Shown here: positions 1-8,924 of the stretch, piece after piece
Position numbering within the stretch: position 1 is the first letter of the stretch
Layout of the letters: each line of letters starts with the position of its first letter
From: an uncultured Oscillospiraceae bacterium
GTDB taxonomy: Bacteria > Bacillota > Clostridia > Oscillospirales > CAG-382
Direction of reading: 5' to 3'
NCBI GenBank assembly: GCA_964646725.1
Contig: CAZYFX010000002.1
Coordinates: 1-37,315, forward strand
DNA: 37,315 nt
Notes under the pieces: model-generated
Told to the model about the DNA's origin: nothing
The model's input: the letters and a program-made list of their open reading frames with translations, nothing else
Database searches by the model: none
Translations under genes and position numbers: made by a program

Positions 1-143
1 ATATGAGCAATACGGTGATTGAATACGTTCGAAACATGAAAAAGCCGGAAATGTGCGCAATACTTTTGGATCTTCTGTTTGATGGTTCGGAGCGACAATA
101 TATGCGCTTTGTTCGAGAGTATATTCTGTTTGATGAAGAATGA
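1..143 (+). CDS. Possible 3-prime end of an upstream CDS, or a 46-aa ORF starting at ATG 3; function unknown
   Basis: Frame 3 is open from the window edge to TGA at 141-143 (MSNTVIEYVRNMKKPEMCAILLDLLFDGSERQYMRFVREYILFDEE). No family recognised. Confidence 0.25.
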   Translation, partial: MSNTVIEYVRNMKKPEMCAILLDLLFDGSERQYMRFVREYILFDEE

Positions 144-404
144 AAAGACGTGTGAAAGTATATATTTGTCGCATTGAATCCAACAGAATTTGAATTACAC
201 AAGGTATGCTTAAAATGCGCGATTTTCCACAGCACAACAAATACCGATATACAAGAGCGATATTCGTTTTTTTTAAAAATGAGGTTGATTCAAAGTCTCG
301 ACGGCATCGAACATTGTTTTGGCAACACAAGAACGGACAGCTCATCGTACTGAAGAAGCCATTCAAATCATACATATTTACGAAGGGCGTTATGCCCTTC
401 TTTT

Positions 405-428
405 GCACCCTTTCGGGGTGCTTTTTTT
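405..428 (+). terminator. Rho-independent terminator
   Basis: GC-rich hairpin GCACCC-tttcg-GGGTGC, followed directly by a run of 7 T. Confidence 0.7.
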
Positions 429-490
429 ATTTTTTCTTATTTTTTCGCAGATATAATCGCAGAAAGCCGCAGTAAGTTTTCGCGAACCCG

Positions 491-1285
491 TTAGACGAGA
501 GCGGCGAAAATCGTCGGTGTGTTTTCATCGTAATTCGCTTTTTTCCATTCCTTGGGAGACATTCCGTTGTGCTTCTTGAACATTTTCGAAAACAGAAACG
601 GATCGCGGTAGCCGACCATGTTCGCGGTGAACGATACACTCTTTCCGGACGCCAAAAGAGATTTTGCCACATGCATACGTTTGTCGGTTATGTAGGCTTT
701 TAGCGTCGTGCCGGTCTTTTGCTTAAATAAACGCGACAGATAGTGTAACTCCAAATTCAACGCCGCTGCGATCTCGGTCACATCACAGCTTCCGTTGTAA
801 TTGGCGTCCACAAAGCTGCGGATACGCTCTATGTAATCGTCGGGATTGTCCGTTTTTTCCGAAAACAGTACGGAATACAGCTCGAACAACTTTCCCGCCA
901 GAAATTCCTCCGCCATACCCCGCATGTCAAAGGCCGTGAGCATGGAACGAAACAGCTGATCGTCGGACGCAACGACCGGCGGCAGTCGGGAAAAGCGTTC
1001 GCTCAAGGAGCCGTCAAAGGCGATCCAGACATAATGCCATGGGTCGGCCAGGTCGGCAACATACTTGAAATTCTCATACGGCAGAATGATAAAGGCTTCT
1101 CCCGCGTGTACCCGAAACGTCCCGTGCGCGGAATAAAACGTGCCCGACCCCGAGAGCACATGGTGTATGAGTACGGCGCTCCGCATGGACGGCCCATGCG
1201 AATGTCCCGGGTCGCAGGCCTCCTCGCCGAAAACGACGGGATTTAAATCCGAAAAATGCTTGTTCAAAATGGGGAGCACACCCAT
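491..1285 (-). CDS. AraC-family transcriptional regulator (N-terminal cupin-like sensor, C-terminal HTH)
   Basis: The C-terminus has the typical AraC double HTH (EIAAALNLELHYLSRLFKQKTGTTLKAYITDKRMHVAKSLL...MVGYRDPFLFSKMFKKHNGMSPKEW). ATG start with AAAGGA upstream. Divergent from the GLUG/GH78 operon. Confidence 0.9.
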   Translation of the reverse strand: MGVLPILNKHFSDLNPVVFGEEACDPGHSHGPSMRSAVLIHHVLSGSGTFYSAHGTFRVHAGEAFIILPYENFKYVADLADPWHYVWIAFDGSLSERFSRLPPVVASDDQLFRSMLTAFDMRGMAEEFLAGKLFELYSVLFSEKTDNPDDYIERIRSFVDANYNGSCDVTEIAAALNLELHYLSRLFKQKTGTTLKAYITDKRMHVAKSLLASGKSVSFTANMVGYRDPFLFSKMFKKHNGMSPKEWKKANYDENTPTIFAALV

Positions 1286-1424
1286 TTTATCTACCGTCCT
1301 TTCTTTCTTTAGATAAATTATGCCATGAAATAGGCACTTTATTCAATGGAAAAGCGGAGAACAATGTGTTATATTTTATGTAACGGATTGGATATCTTGT
1401 GTTTTTTCAGAGGAGGTACACACA

Positions 1425-2972
1425 ATGCGATTGGGTAAAATGCCGATTGTTGCGGCAGTTATCACACTTTTGACCCTTTCCTTGCAGGCAAAGGAAATTA
1501 CATCCTTTGCCGAAATCACCGATCTTGCGGAAAGCTATACGTTGGCGGGGGATGTGACTCTGCCCGAGGACTTTTCGGCGATCGGTTCATCGGACGCACC
1601 CTTTACCGGAACGTTTGACGGCGCGGGCTTTACCGTGAGCGGCGCGGTTTCGTCGCTGTTCGGCTGCACCGACGGCGCGGTCATCCGTAATGTTTCGGTT
1701 GCCGACGGCACGTTGAAGGGCACCGAGACGGTCGGTGGGATCGTCGGAAACGCGATGGGCGAAACGGTGATCGAGAACTGCTCGGTCACGGCAAGCATCA
1801 CGGCGGACGAATCGCTTTTGCGCGCGAACATTGGCGGCATCGTCGGGCTCTTGGGCGAAAAAGCGACGGTGTCGGACTGCACCGCAAGGCTTACGGGCAC
1901 GATCGAAAACGCGCCGTTTGATTTACATATCGGCGGTATCTGTGCGCAAAACGACGGAACGATTCGCGCTTGCCGCGCTGAGGGAACACTGTCCGTCGCA
2001 AGTGGAGCGTATATGGCGTGCATCGGCGGTATCGCGGCCGACAACCGAGGAAGCCTTGAAGCCTGTGTCAATTTTGCGACGCTGAAGGCAGAACTGAAAA
2101 CCGACGCTTCCTATGCGTTCGTCGGTGGGATTTGCGGCTATAACGACGAGGGCACGGTCACACGCTGTATCAATGTCGGAGAAATCGAAGCGAACGGTTC
2201 GACGTTTTATCCGGTCTACGGCGGCGGCATTTGCGGCGTGAACCGCAATGGCACGGTGAGCGTGACCAAGAATCTTGCAGGCCTTACGGCGGTTAAGTCC
2301 TTTGCGGGTGGTACGGTCGGTCTGAATTTCGGCTATACGGGAGAAGCGACGCTTGCGGATTCGCTCAACACAGGCGAGTTAAGCGTCTCCGACAGCGTTG
2401 GCGGCGGTATCGTCGGACGCAATGTGACGGCAAACGATGACAGCAAATCTTCGGTGCTTCGCGCACTGAATCGCACATCGAACAAAGGCGTGGGCGACAA
2501 CCGCGCGACCGTATCCGCGCTGTACAGCATCGGCGAAGCGGACGGCGTAAGCACGGCTGTGACGGAGGAGACGCTGAAGACGGACGGTGTGCCGACGTTA
2601 AGTGCCGAAAACGGCGCATGGATATCGAACAGCGCCATCGGAGCACTGCCCGATTTAATCGTGGTGAGCGATCTTGCCATCCCCGAACTGGTTTTGTCGG
2701 AATACGGAGAAAACGGAACGCTTGCGTATTGCTTCTACGCGCCGACCGATAAGACCTATGCGAAGAGCTTTATCGCCGTTTATTACGGCGGCAACCGCTA
2801 TCTCGGAAGCTCGTATGTCGAGAAAACGCCGAATGGCGCATACACGGCTCTTGCGGCAAAGAATATCCCCGAGGAAACCGATACCGTAAAATTCATCGCT
2901 TTTTCGGAAACCTTTGCGGACGGCTTTGCGCCGGCTTCCGTCGAGAGTGTCGAAGCGGCGTATCAAAAATAA
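1425..2972 (+). CDS. Secreted GLUG-motif repeat protein
   Basis: N-terminal signal peptide (MRLGKMPIVAAVITLLTLSLQA). Many spaced GG-I-V/C-G repeats are typical of the GLUG motif (VGGIVGN, IGGIVGL, IGGICAQN, IGGIAADN, VGGICGYN, GGGICGVN, GGGIVGRN). Strong RBS (GAGGAGG). Lies 18 nt upstream of the next CDS. Confidence 0.8.
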   Translation: MRLGKMPIVAAVITLLTLSLQAKEITSFAEITDLAESYTLAGDVTLPEDFSAIGSSDAPFTGTFDGAGFTVSGAVSSLFGCTDGAVIRNVSVADGTLKGTETVGGIVGNAMGETVIENCSVTASITADESLLRANIGGIVGLLGEKATVSDCTARLTGTIENAPFDLHIGGICAQNDGTIRACRAEGTLSVASGAYMACIGGIAADNRGSLEACVNFATLKAELKTDASYAFVGGICGYNDEGTVTRCINVGEIEANGSTFYPVYGGGICGVNRNGTVSVTKNLAGLTAVKSFAGGTVGLNFGYTGEATLADSLNTGELSVSDSVGGGIVGRNVTANDDSKSSVLRALNRTSNKGVGDNRATVSALYSIGEADGVSTAVTEETLKTDGVPTLSAENGAWISNSAIGALPDLIVVSDLAIPELVLSEYGENGTLAYCFYAPTDKTYAKSFIAVYYGGNRYLGSSYVEKTPNGAYTALAAKNIPEETDTVKFIAFSETFADGFAPASVESVEAAYQK

Positions 2973-2990
2973 GAAGGGAGTAAGCTATTT

Positions 2991-5900
2991 ATGAAAATGT
3001 TCGGAAAATGTCTGTTGACACTCATGATGTCGGCTGTGATGCTCGGTTCGGGTGCTGTGTCGGCGGCCGAAACCGTCAAGCCTTTTGAAAAAGCGACCAC
3101 GGGAACGCACGGACGGCTCATTTTTAAGCAGGATTTCGAAGACACCGATTCTTACAGCTCATATGCCTACGACGCCGACTATCAAAGTCCCTATGCGTCG
3201 AGCGGTGCGGCTCTCGGAAACACGAGCTATGTCTATGCCGCCGACGGCGACGGCTCGAATCCGAATTTTGCGGTCGTGGACAATCCCGTCGGCGAGGGTA
3301 AGGTACTTTCCATGACGGGTACGTCGAACTGGCCCATGTATGCACTGTATTTTAAGGGAAATGTTTTGTCCAAGCCCGGTAAGTACACGTTGACCGTGCA
3401 GACCTATAAGGGGACGGAAGCGATTTCTTCGGGAATGTGCTGGTTTAACGTCAATAACAGCAATGCCAATGTGACGATGGGAAACCTGTCGCTCGGTACC
3501 GGCGCCTTTTCGTCCAATACCTTTTCGACGGTTGTCGGAACGGCGGAGGAATATGAAGCGGGCGAGGCGAGTGCCAAGTTAATCCATATCATGAAAATGT
3601 TTGCTTCGGGTGCCAACGGGCGCACGCTGTATTTCGACAACGTAGAAGTGTGGTACGAGGAATATGCCGACATCACCTTTGTGTTCGACGGTGCGACGGC
3701 GGCCGTTTCTGAACAAATGGCGAAGCTTATCCCGGTCACGCACAAGAGCTACGCGCCGAACGCGACGCTTCCCGCTTGCGAGATCGGTCAGACAGGCTAT
3801 CGGTTCGTCGGTTGGTCAAAGACGGCCGAGGACAGTGAGAACCTTGTGACGACGGCCGAAGCGGGAAAATATACGCTGTATGCAATCTACGAAAAATACA
3901 CGGACACCAAGGCCACGCCCTTCGACACCGAGACGACGGGCACAAAGGGACGGTTAATCTTCAAGCAGGATTTTGAGTCCTCGGACGATATGGCGGCCTA
4001 CAGCTACAGCACGGCCTATCAAAGTCCGTATGCGACCGACGGCGCGATGTTGGGGAACAGTTCGTATGTTTATTCGACCGACGGTGACGCGACCGCTCCG
4101 ACCTTTGCGGTGGTGGACAATCCGGTCGGCGAAGGCAAGGTGCTTTCCATGACCGGAAAGACGGCGTATCCGATCTACAATCTTGTGTTCGACGGCAACG
4201 TCATTTCCAAGCCCGGACGCTACACGGTGGTCATTCATGCTCTCGGCGGGACGGTAACAAACGCCATGTTCCGTCCGCGCTTCAACAACTGTTTGGGAAG
4301 TGCGCAGGACTTTTGCTCGATTGGTTTGGGCAAGGACAGCTTTGCCGAAACGTCCGCTTCCTTTGTGATCGAGACGAAAGAAGAATTCGATGCGACGGGA
4401 ACGCCGACCACGGCGTATACCAAGGAAGATATTTATACGTTAAGAAGCATGTATCTGTTCTGGAAGAACGGAAACGAAAAGACCGGCTATTTCGACGATA
4501 TCGAGCTGTGGTATGAGGAATATGCCGATATCACGTTCCATTTGGACGGCCCCGAAGACTATGTGGCGACGGCGGCGGCGACCGCTTTCCCGATCACGCA
4601 CCGAAGCTTCGAACCGGGGGAGACGCTTCCGAGCTTTGCGATTTCCGGCGTCGGCTATAAATTCGTCGGCTGGTCGGAAAAGGCGAACGATGCCTCGACG
4701 CTCGTGACGACCGCCAAGGCGGGGATGTATGACCTGTATGCGATCTACGAGGAGGGCGAAAACGAGCCGATCGTGGAGAAGGATCCGGTGCTGGCGTTCG
4801 AGAGCGTGACGACCGGCGAATACGGACGGCTCATCTACAAGCAGGATTTCGACAACACCACCAATATCAGTGCCTACAGCTACGACCCGACCTATATCAG
4901 TCCCTATGCCAAGAACGGCACGACGCTGGCCGACAGCAAATCGGTCTACACCACCGACGGTGACGGCAGTGCTCCGACCTTCAAACTGTTACCCAATCCG
5001 GTCACGGGACAGGGACAGGCGCTTCGCATGACGGGAACGACGAATTATCCCATTTACAAGTTAGCCTTTGACAACGACGTGCTTTCCAAGCCGGGTAAAT
5101 ACACGGTCGTTGTGCGCGGCTACAAGGGAAGCGAGGCAGCCGGAGAGGGTGTTATGCGTTTCTACACCAACCGTGCCACGAGCACGGTGACGGAACGCGG
5201 TTCGATTACGTTCGGAACGACCTCCTTTACCAAAACGGTGAACAATTTCACCATCGTGACCAAAGAGGAATTTGACGCGGCGGGGCTCAAGGAGACCGAT
5301 TATACCGTCAACAATGCCTTTACTCTCCGAAGCATCTACCTGTTTATGCGTAACGGCAAGGGCAAGAGCTGTTATTTCGACGATATCGAGATCTGGTACA
5401 ACGAATATGCCGACGTGACCTTCTGTATCGATTCTCCCAACGAAGCGGTGGAAGCCGCCGTTAAAAAGAATTTCCCCGCCACACACAAGAGCTATGAGCC
5501 CGGAAAGCTTCTCACCAAGCTCAACATCAAGGGTTCGGGCTACACATTCGTGGGGTGGAGCAAGAAAAAGGACGACCGCGACCAAATCGTGACGCGCGCC
5601 GAAAGCGGAACGTACGATTTGTATGCGATCTTCGAGCCGTCGGACGGCGCGGATTCCGAAGTGTATGAGGAAGGTCTGACCGTGAAGGACGCGGTTCTGC
5701 TTGTATCCCGCCTGCATGCGTCACTGACCGGAAAAAGCACGGAGATATCCGACAGCTCGGATTATGCGCTCTGCTATGCTTATGCGAAGAAAAATGGCTT
5801 CCTCCCGAAGATTGATTTCGATTCGGAGGATCGTGCGATCCTGCGAAGCGAAATGGCGGAAATGCTGTTCAAGGCGCTTCCGAAATCCTATCAGACCGCC

Positions 5901-8834
5901 GTCAACGAGGTGACGGGTGTGCCGGATGTGACCGACACGGCGCACGAAAAGGCGGTGCTTACGCTTTACCGCGCCGGTATCTTTGCCGGGGTGGACACAA
6001 AAGGCACTTTCGATTCCTACGACAGTCTGCTTCGCGCCGATTTTCAAACGCTTGTTTCGCGCATTCTCTATCCCGATCAGCGTGTGCGCTTTACTCTCAC
6101 ACCGGAGGAAGTAAAGGAGACTCTTGTTTTGGCAAAGAATACTTCGAAAACCTTTGAAGCGCAGTATATCTCGCTTCCGACCGATTATGTGCAGACGCTC
6201 GAGACATTCCCGACCTCCACGCTTTCGCTCGGAAAATGGATCTGGCCGATGTATTACACGCGTCCGCATATGCAAAAGGATTTTCTTGTCAGCAAGACCC
6301 TTACCAAGGCAGAGCTGGAATTTCAGTGTGACAACCGTATGGAGCTCTATCTCAACGGACACGAGATCGTTTCCGAGGAGAACGACGACGGCTGGCATCT
6401 GACGGGCTTGAAGGACGTGACGGCCTATGTCAAGAGCGGATGGAATAAGATAGCGATCCGTTCCTACGGTACGGATGAGCCCATGAAATTCATGTCGGGA
6501 CTTCGCGGCTGTATCAAGCTTACCTATTCCGACGGGACTTCGGAAAACGTGGACACCTCTTCGGGCTTCAAGAGCTATCTTGTCTGCGGCTTCTGGGAGG
6601 GAACCGAGCCCGACGGTTGGGAAACGGCCGAAGCGCCGAGTTCTCTTATGCAAACGGACATCATGTCGGTGCATCCGCGTTTAAGCAGACAGTCCGGCTA
6701 TTTCCGCCGCGAATTTACCGTGGAAAAGAAATTAAGCTCGGCGACGCTGTATGCAACGGCGAACGGCTTGTATGTTCCGTATATCAACGGCCGACGTGCA
6801 ACCGAGGCGCGCTTCATCCCCGGCTCGATGGAAAAAATCTCCGAATACCAGGTGTTCGATGTGACCGAATTTGTCGCAAGCGGCGAAAACGTGCTGGCAG
6901 CCGTGACCGGTAACGGTTGGTACAACTGTGTGTCCTGGGGTGTGCTGTACAGCAAAACGCCGAAGCTTATGATGCAATTGGAGCTTGAATACACCGACGG
7001 CTCGAGCGAAAAAATCGTGACCGATTCGTCATGGCTGGCAACGGCTTCTCCGCTTATCGAAAACGATATCCAGTACGGCGAACGCTATGACGCGCGTCGG
7101 GAGATCGACGGCTGGAACGACGTCGGAACACCGTCGGGCACATGGGTGAAGGTCACCGCCACGACGCCGACGAACAGTGTGTTCTCACAGCAGACCTATC
7201 CGGCGGTCATGGTGCAGGAGGAGGTTCGCGCCGAATCGATGGGACTTTTGCCCGACGGCGAAACGTACTACTACGACTTCGGTTGGAACACGACGGGACG
7301 TGCCAAGATCGTTTTGAAAAACACGAAGCCGGGTGAGATGATCATCATTCGCTATTGCGAGACGTTCTCCAAGGATATGGAGCCGAATCTGCCGCTGTAC
7401 AGCGACTGCTACTTCCCGGACGACAGCAAGGACACCGGTAAAGCACCGTACTTTGCACGAAACATCGATGTGTATGTCTGCAAGGGTGCGGCCGAGGAGG
7501 TTTATACTCCCGAATTTGCCTACACGGGCTTCCGTTATGTGTACATTACCGGCTATTCCGGCGAATATCAGCTCGGAACGGTGCGCAAGATCGAGATGAA
7601 TACCGATTTGGAACAGGTCGGCGATATCGAGACGTCGCACGAGGGCATCGCCAAGGCGTGGGATGCGGTCAAGCGCTCCTGGCGCACCAACGTTTTCACC
7701 GGCCCGATGGATTGCCCGACCCGTGAAAAGAATTTCTGGAACGGCGATATCCAGTGCTTCGCCAACACGGCGTGCTGGTACACCGACAACGATGCGTTCT
7801 TAGAGCGTTGGACGGAATCCGGTCGCAAGATGGAGCCCAATGTGTACGGCTGGGAGGACGAGGAATACATTCTGCCGCTTATCCTTTACAAATATTACGG
7901 CAACACGGATGTTATCAAGTCCAAATACCCCGTCGTGCAGGCACTCATCACCAAGCGCAAGGGACAAATCCCCTCGGGACAGACGCTTCCGACCGACCAC
8001 GCGCCGTACAGTGACCACAGCGGTATCGCCAAGGTTCCGCAGGACTTCTTTGCGGCGGCTTACTACACCTACATGTATAAGTGCGCGGCCGAAATGGCGG
8101 AGATTTTGGGAAAAACGGAGGATCGGGCGGCCTACTTGAAGGAGTTTGAGACATTGCGTGACGCCTTCAACGAAAAGTATTATCTGGCAGAGGAGAACGA
8201 TTACAGTCCGCATATGCAGGGCGGTATCATCTTCCCGGTCGTTTTCGGCATCGCGGACGAGGAAAATCTCGAAGCTCTGGTATCCACCTACAACGACTAT
8301 GTGGTGGAGAACAATTACCATCTGACCTGCGGCTTCATGTCGGCCGAATTTGCGCTCGGCTTACTCTGTGAGTACGGTTATGCCGATACGGCATGGAAAA
8401 CGGCTTCGAGCAAGGACTATCCGTCGCTCATCTACATGGTAAACACCGGCTCGGGCGGAACGACCACCGAAAGCTGGGCGGGCGCCGGAACGGGTGCGGG
8501 CAGTAACAACCACTATGCTATCGGCAGTGTGGCCAGATACTATTTCGAATACCTGGGCGGTATCACCGTCACCAAAGCCGGCTTTGATGCGATCAAGCTC
8601 ACGCCGTACTTTGAAAAGGAATTGGGCGACATCTGCATGACCTACAACAGCCGACACGGCCTTATCGCTTCGGAATGGAGCTATGACGCGGACAGCGACA
8701 CCTTTACATGGGATGTGACGGTTCCGAACGGCGTGACCGCCGAAATCAAGCTCCCGACAGGCTTCACCATGGTGAGCGGAAGCGAGGGAGAGGTTACCGA
8801 CGGTTCGTTCAGCTATACCGTGAAAAAGAATTAG
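2991..8834 (+). CDS. Giant secreted multidomain alpha-L-rhamnosidase (GH78): three CBM-like/Listeria-Bacteroides-type repeat modules and an SLH-like pair precede the catalytic region
   Basis: Signal peptide, then three paralogous modules of about 285 aa, then an SLH-like pair (..VPDVTDTAHEKAVLTLYRAGIFAGVDTKGTFDSYDSLLRADFQTLVSRIL). The C-terminal ~850 aa have GH78 hallmarks: FRREFTVEKKLSSATLYATANGLYVPYINGRR, and MDCPTREKNFWNGD, which matches the D-x4-E-x6-D region of GH78 enzymes. RBS is GAAGGGAG. Confidence 0.85.
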   Translation: MKMFGKCLLTLMMSAVMLGSGAVSAAETVKPFEKATTGTHGRLIFKQDFEDTDSYSSYAYDADYQSPYASSGAALGNTSYVYAADGDGSNPNFAVVDNPVGEGKVLSMTGTSNWPMYALYFKGNVLSKPGKYTLTVQTYKGTEAISSGMCWFNVNNSNANVTMGNLSLGTGAFSSNTFSTVVGTAEEYEAGEASAKLIHIMKMFASGANGRTLYFDNVEVWYEEYADITFVFDGATAAVSEQMAKLIPVTHKSYAPNATLPACEIGQTGYRFVGWSKTAEDSENLVTTAEAGKYTLYAIYEKYTDTKATPFDTETTGTKGRLIFKQDFESSDDMAAYSYSTAYQSPYATDGAMLGNSSYVYSTDGDATAPTFAVVDNPVGEGKVLSMTGKTAYPIYNLVFDGNVISKPGRYTVVIHALGGTVTNAMFRPRFNNCLGSAQDFCSIGLGKDSFAETSASFVIETKEEFDATGTPTTAYTKEDIYTLRSMYLFWKNGNEKTGYFDDIELWYEEYADITFHLDGPEDYVATAAATAFPITHRSFEPGETLPSFAISGVGYKFVGWSEKANDASTLVTTAKAGMYDLYAIYEEGENEPIVEKDPVLAFESVTTGEYGRLIYKQDFDNTTNISAYSYDPTYISPYAKNGTTLADSKSVYTTDGDGSAPTFKLLPNPVTGQGQALRMTGTTNYPIYKLAFDNDVLSKPGKYTVVVRGYKGSEAAGEGVMRFYTNRATSTVTERGSITFGTTSFTKTVNNFTIVTKEEFDAAGLKETDYTVNNAFTLRSIYLFMRNGKGKSCYFDDIEIWYNEYADVTFCIDSPNEAVEAAVKKNFPATHKSYEPGKLLTKLNIKGSGYTFVGWSKKKDDRDQIVTRAESGTYDLYAIFEPSDGADSEVYEEGLTVKDAVLLVSRLHASLTGKSTEISDSSDYALCYAYAKKNGFLPKIDFDSEDRAILRSEMAEMLFKALPKSYQTAVNEVTGVPDVTDTAHEKAVLTLYRAGIFAGVDTKGTFDSYDSLLRADFQTLVSRILYPDQRVRFTLTPEEVKETLVLAKNTSKTFEAQYISLPTDYVQTLETFPTSTLSLGKWIWPMYYTRPHMQKDFLVSKTLTKAELEFQCDNRMELYLNGHEIVSEENDDGWHLTGLKDVTAYVKSGWNKIAIRSYGTDEPMKFMSGLRGCIKLTYSDGTSENVDTSSGFKSYLVCGFWEGTEPDGWETAEAPSSLMQTDIMSVHPRLSRQSGYFRREFTVEKKLSSATLYATANGLYVPYINGRRATEARFIPGSMEKISEYQVFDVTEFVASGENVLAAVTGNGWYNCVSWGVLYSKTPKLMMQLELEYTDGSSEKIVTDSSWLATASPLIENDIQYGERYDARREIDGWNDVGTPSGTWVKVTATTPTNSVFSQQTYPAVMVQEEVRAESMGLLPDGETYYYDFGWNTTGRAKIVLKNTKPGEMIIIRYCETFSKDMEPNLPLYSDCYFPDDSKDTGKAPYFARNIDVYVCKGAAEEVYTPEFAYTGFRYVYITGYSGEYQLGTVRKIEMNTDLEQVGDIETSHEGIAKAWDAVKRSWRTNVFTGPMDCPTREKNFWNGDIQCFANTACWYTDNDAFLERWTESGRKMEPNVYGWEDEEYILPLILYKYYGNTDVIKSKYPVVQALITKRKGQIPSGQTLPTDHAPYSDHSGIAKVPQDFFAAAYYTYMYKCAAEMAEILGKTEDRAAYLKEFETLRDAFNEKYYLAEENDYSPHMQGGIIFPVVFGIADEENLEALVSTYNDYVVENNYHLTCGFMSAEFALGLLCEYGYADTAWKTASSKDYPSLIYMVNTGSGGTTTESWAGAGTGAGSNNHYAIGSVARYYFEYLGGITVTKAGFDAIKLTPYFEKELGDICMTYNSRHGLIASEWSYDADSDTFTWDVTVPNGVTAEIKLPTGFTMVSGSEGEVTDGSFSYTVKKN
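3066..5648 (+). repeat. Three tandem diverged coding repeats (about 846-870 nt each) inside the GH78 gene
   Basis: Units at 3066-3911, 3912-4781 and 4782-5648. Each starts with ..TTG.(H/K/Y)GRLI(F/Y)KQDF.., contains NPVGEGKVLSMTG / NPVTGQGQALRMTG and YFD(N/D)(V/I)E(V/L/I)WY(E/N)EYAD(I/V)TF, and ends with GY.FVGWS......VT.A..G.Y.LYAI(Y/F)E. Confidence 0.85.
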
Positions 8835-8840
8835 AATACA

Positions 8841-8877
8841 AAGAGGGCAGGTATCATCATCGGATACCCGCCCTCTT
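8841..8877. terminator. Strong hairpin between convergent genes (probable bidirectional terminator)
   Basis: AAGAGGGCaGGTATC-loop-GATACCcGCCCTCTT. Flanking U-tracts are weak on both strands. Sits between the stop of the GH78 gene (8834) and the stop of the minus-strand gene (8925). Confidence 0.55.
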
Positions 8878-8924
8878 GCTGTATTTACGGCTTAAACCGC
8901 GTTGATGAAATTCGAAGCGATGCT

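Noticed and set aside
206-475. An 89-aa plus-strand ORF at the left edge
   Set aside because: It reads through a terminator hairpin and poly-T tract (giving FFYFFLFF), has no RBS and looks random.
5061-6674. Minus-strand ORFs of 218 aa and 317 aa inside the GH78 gene, with many shorter ones elsewhere in both giant genes
   Set aside because: These are antisense or off-frame shadow ORFs. They have Arg-rich, low-complexity composition and no start-site signals, and they lie fully within well-supported CDSs.
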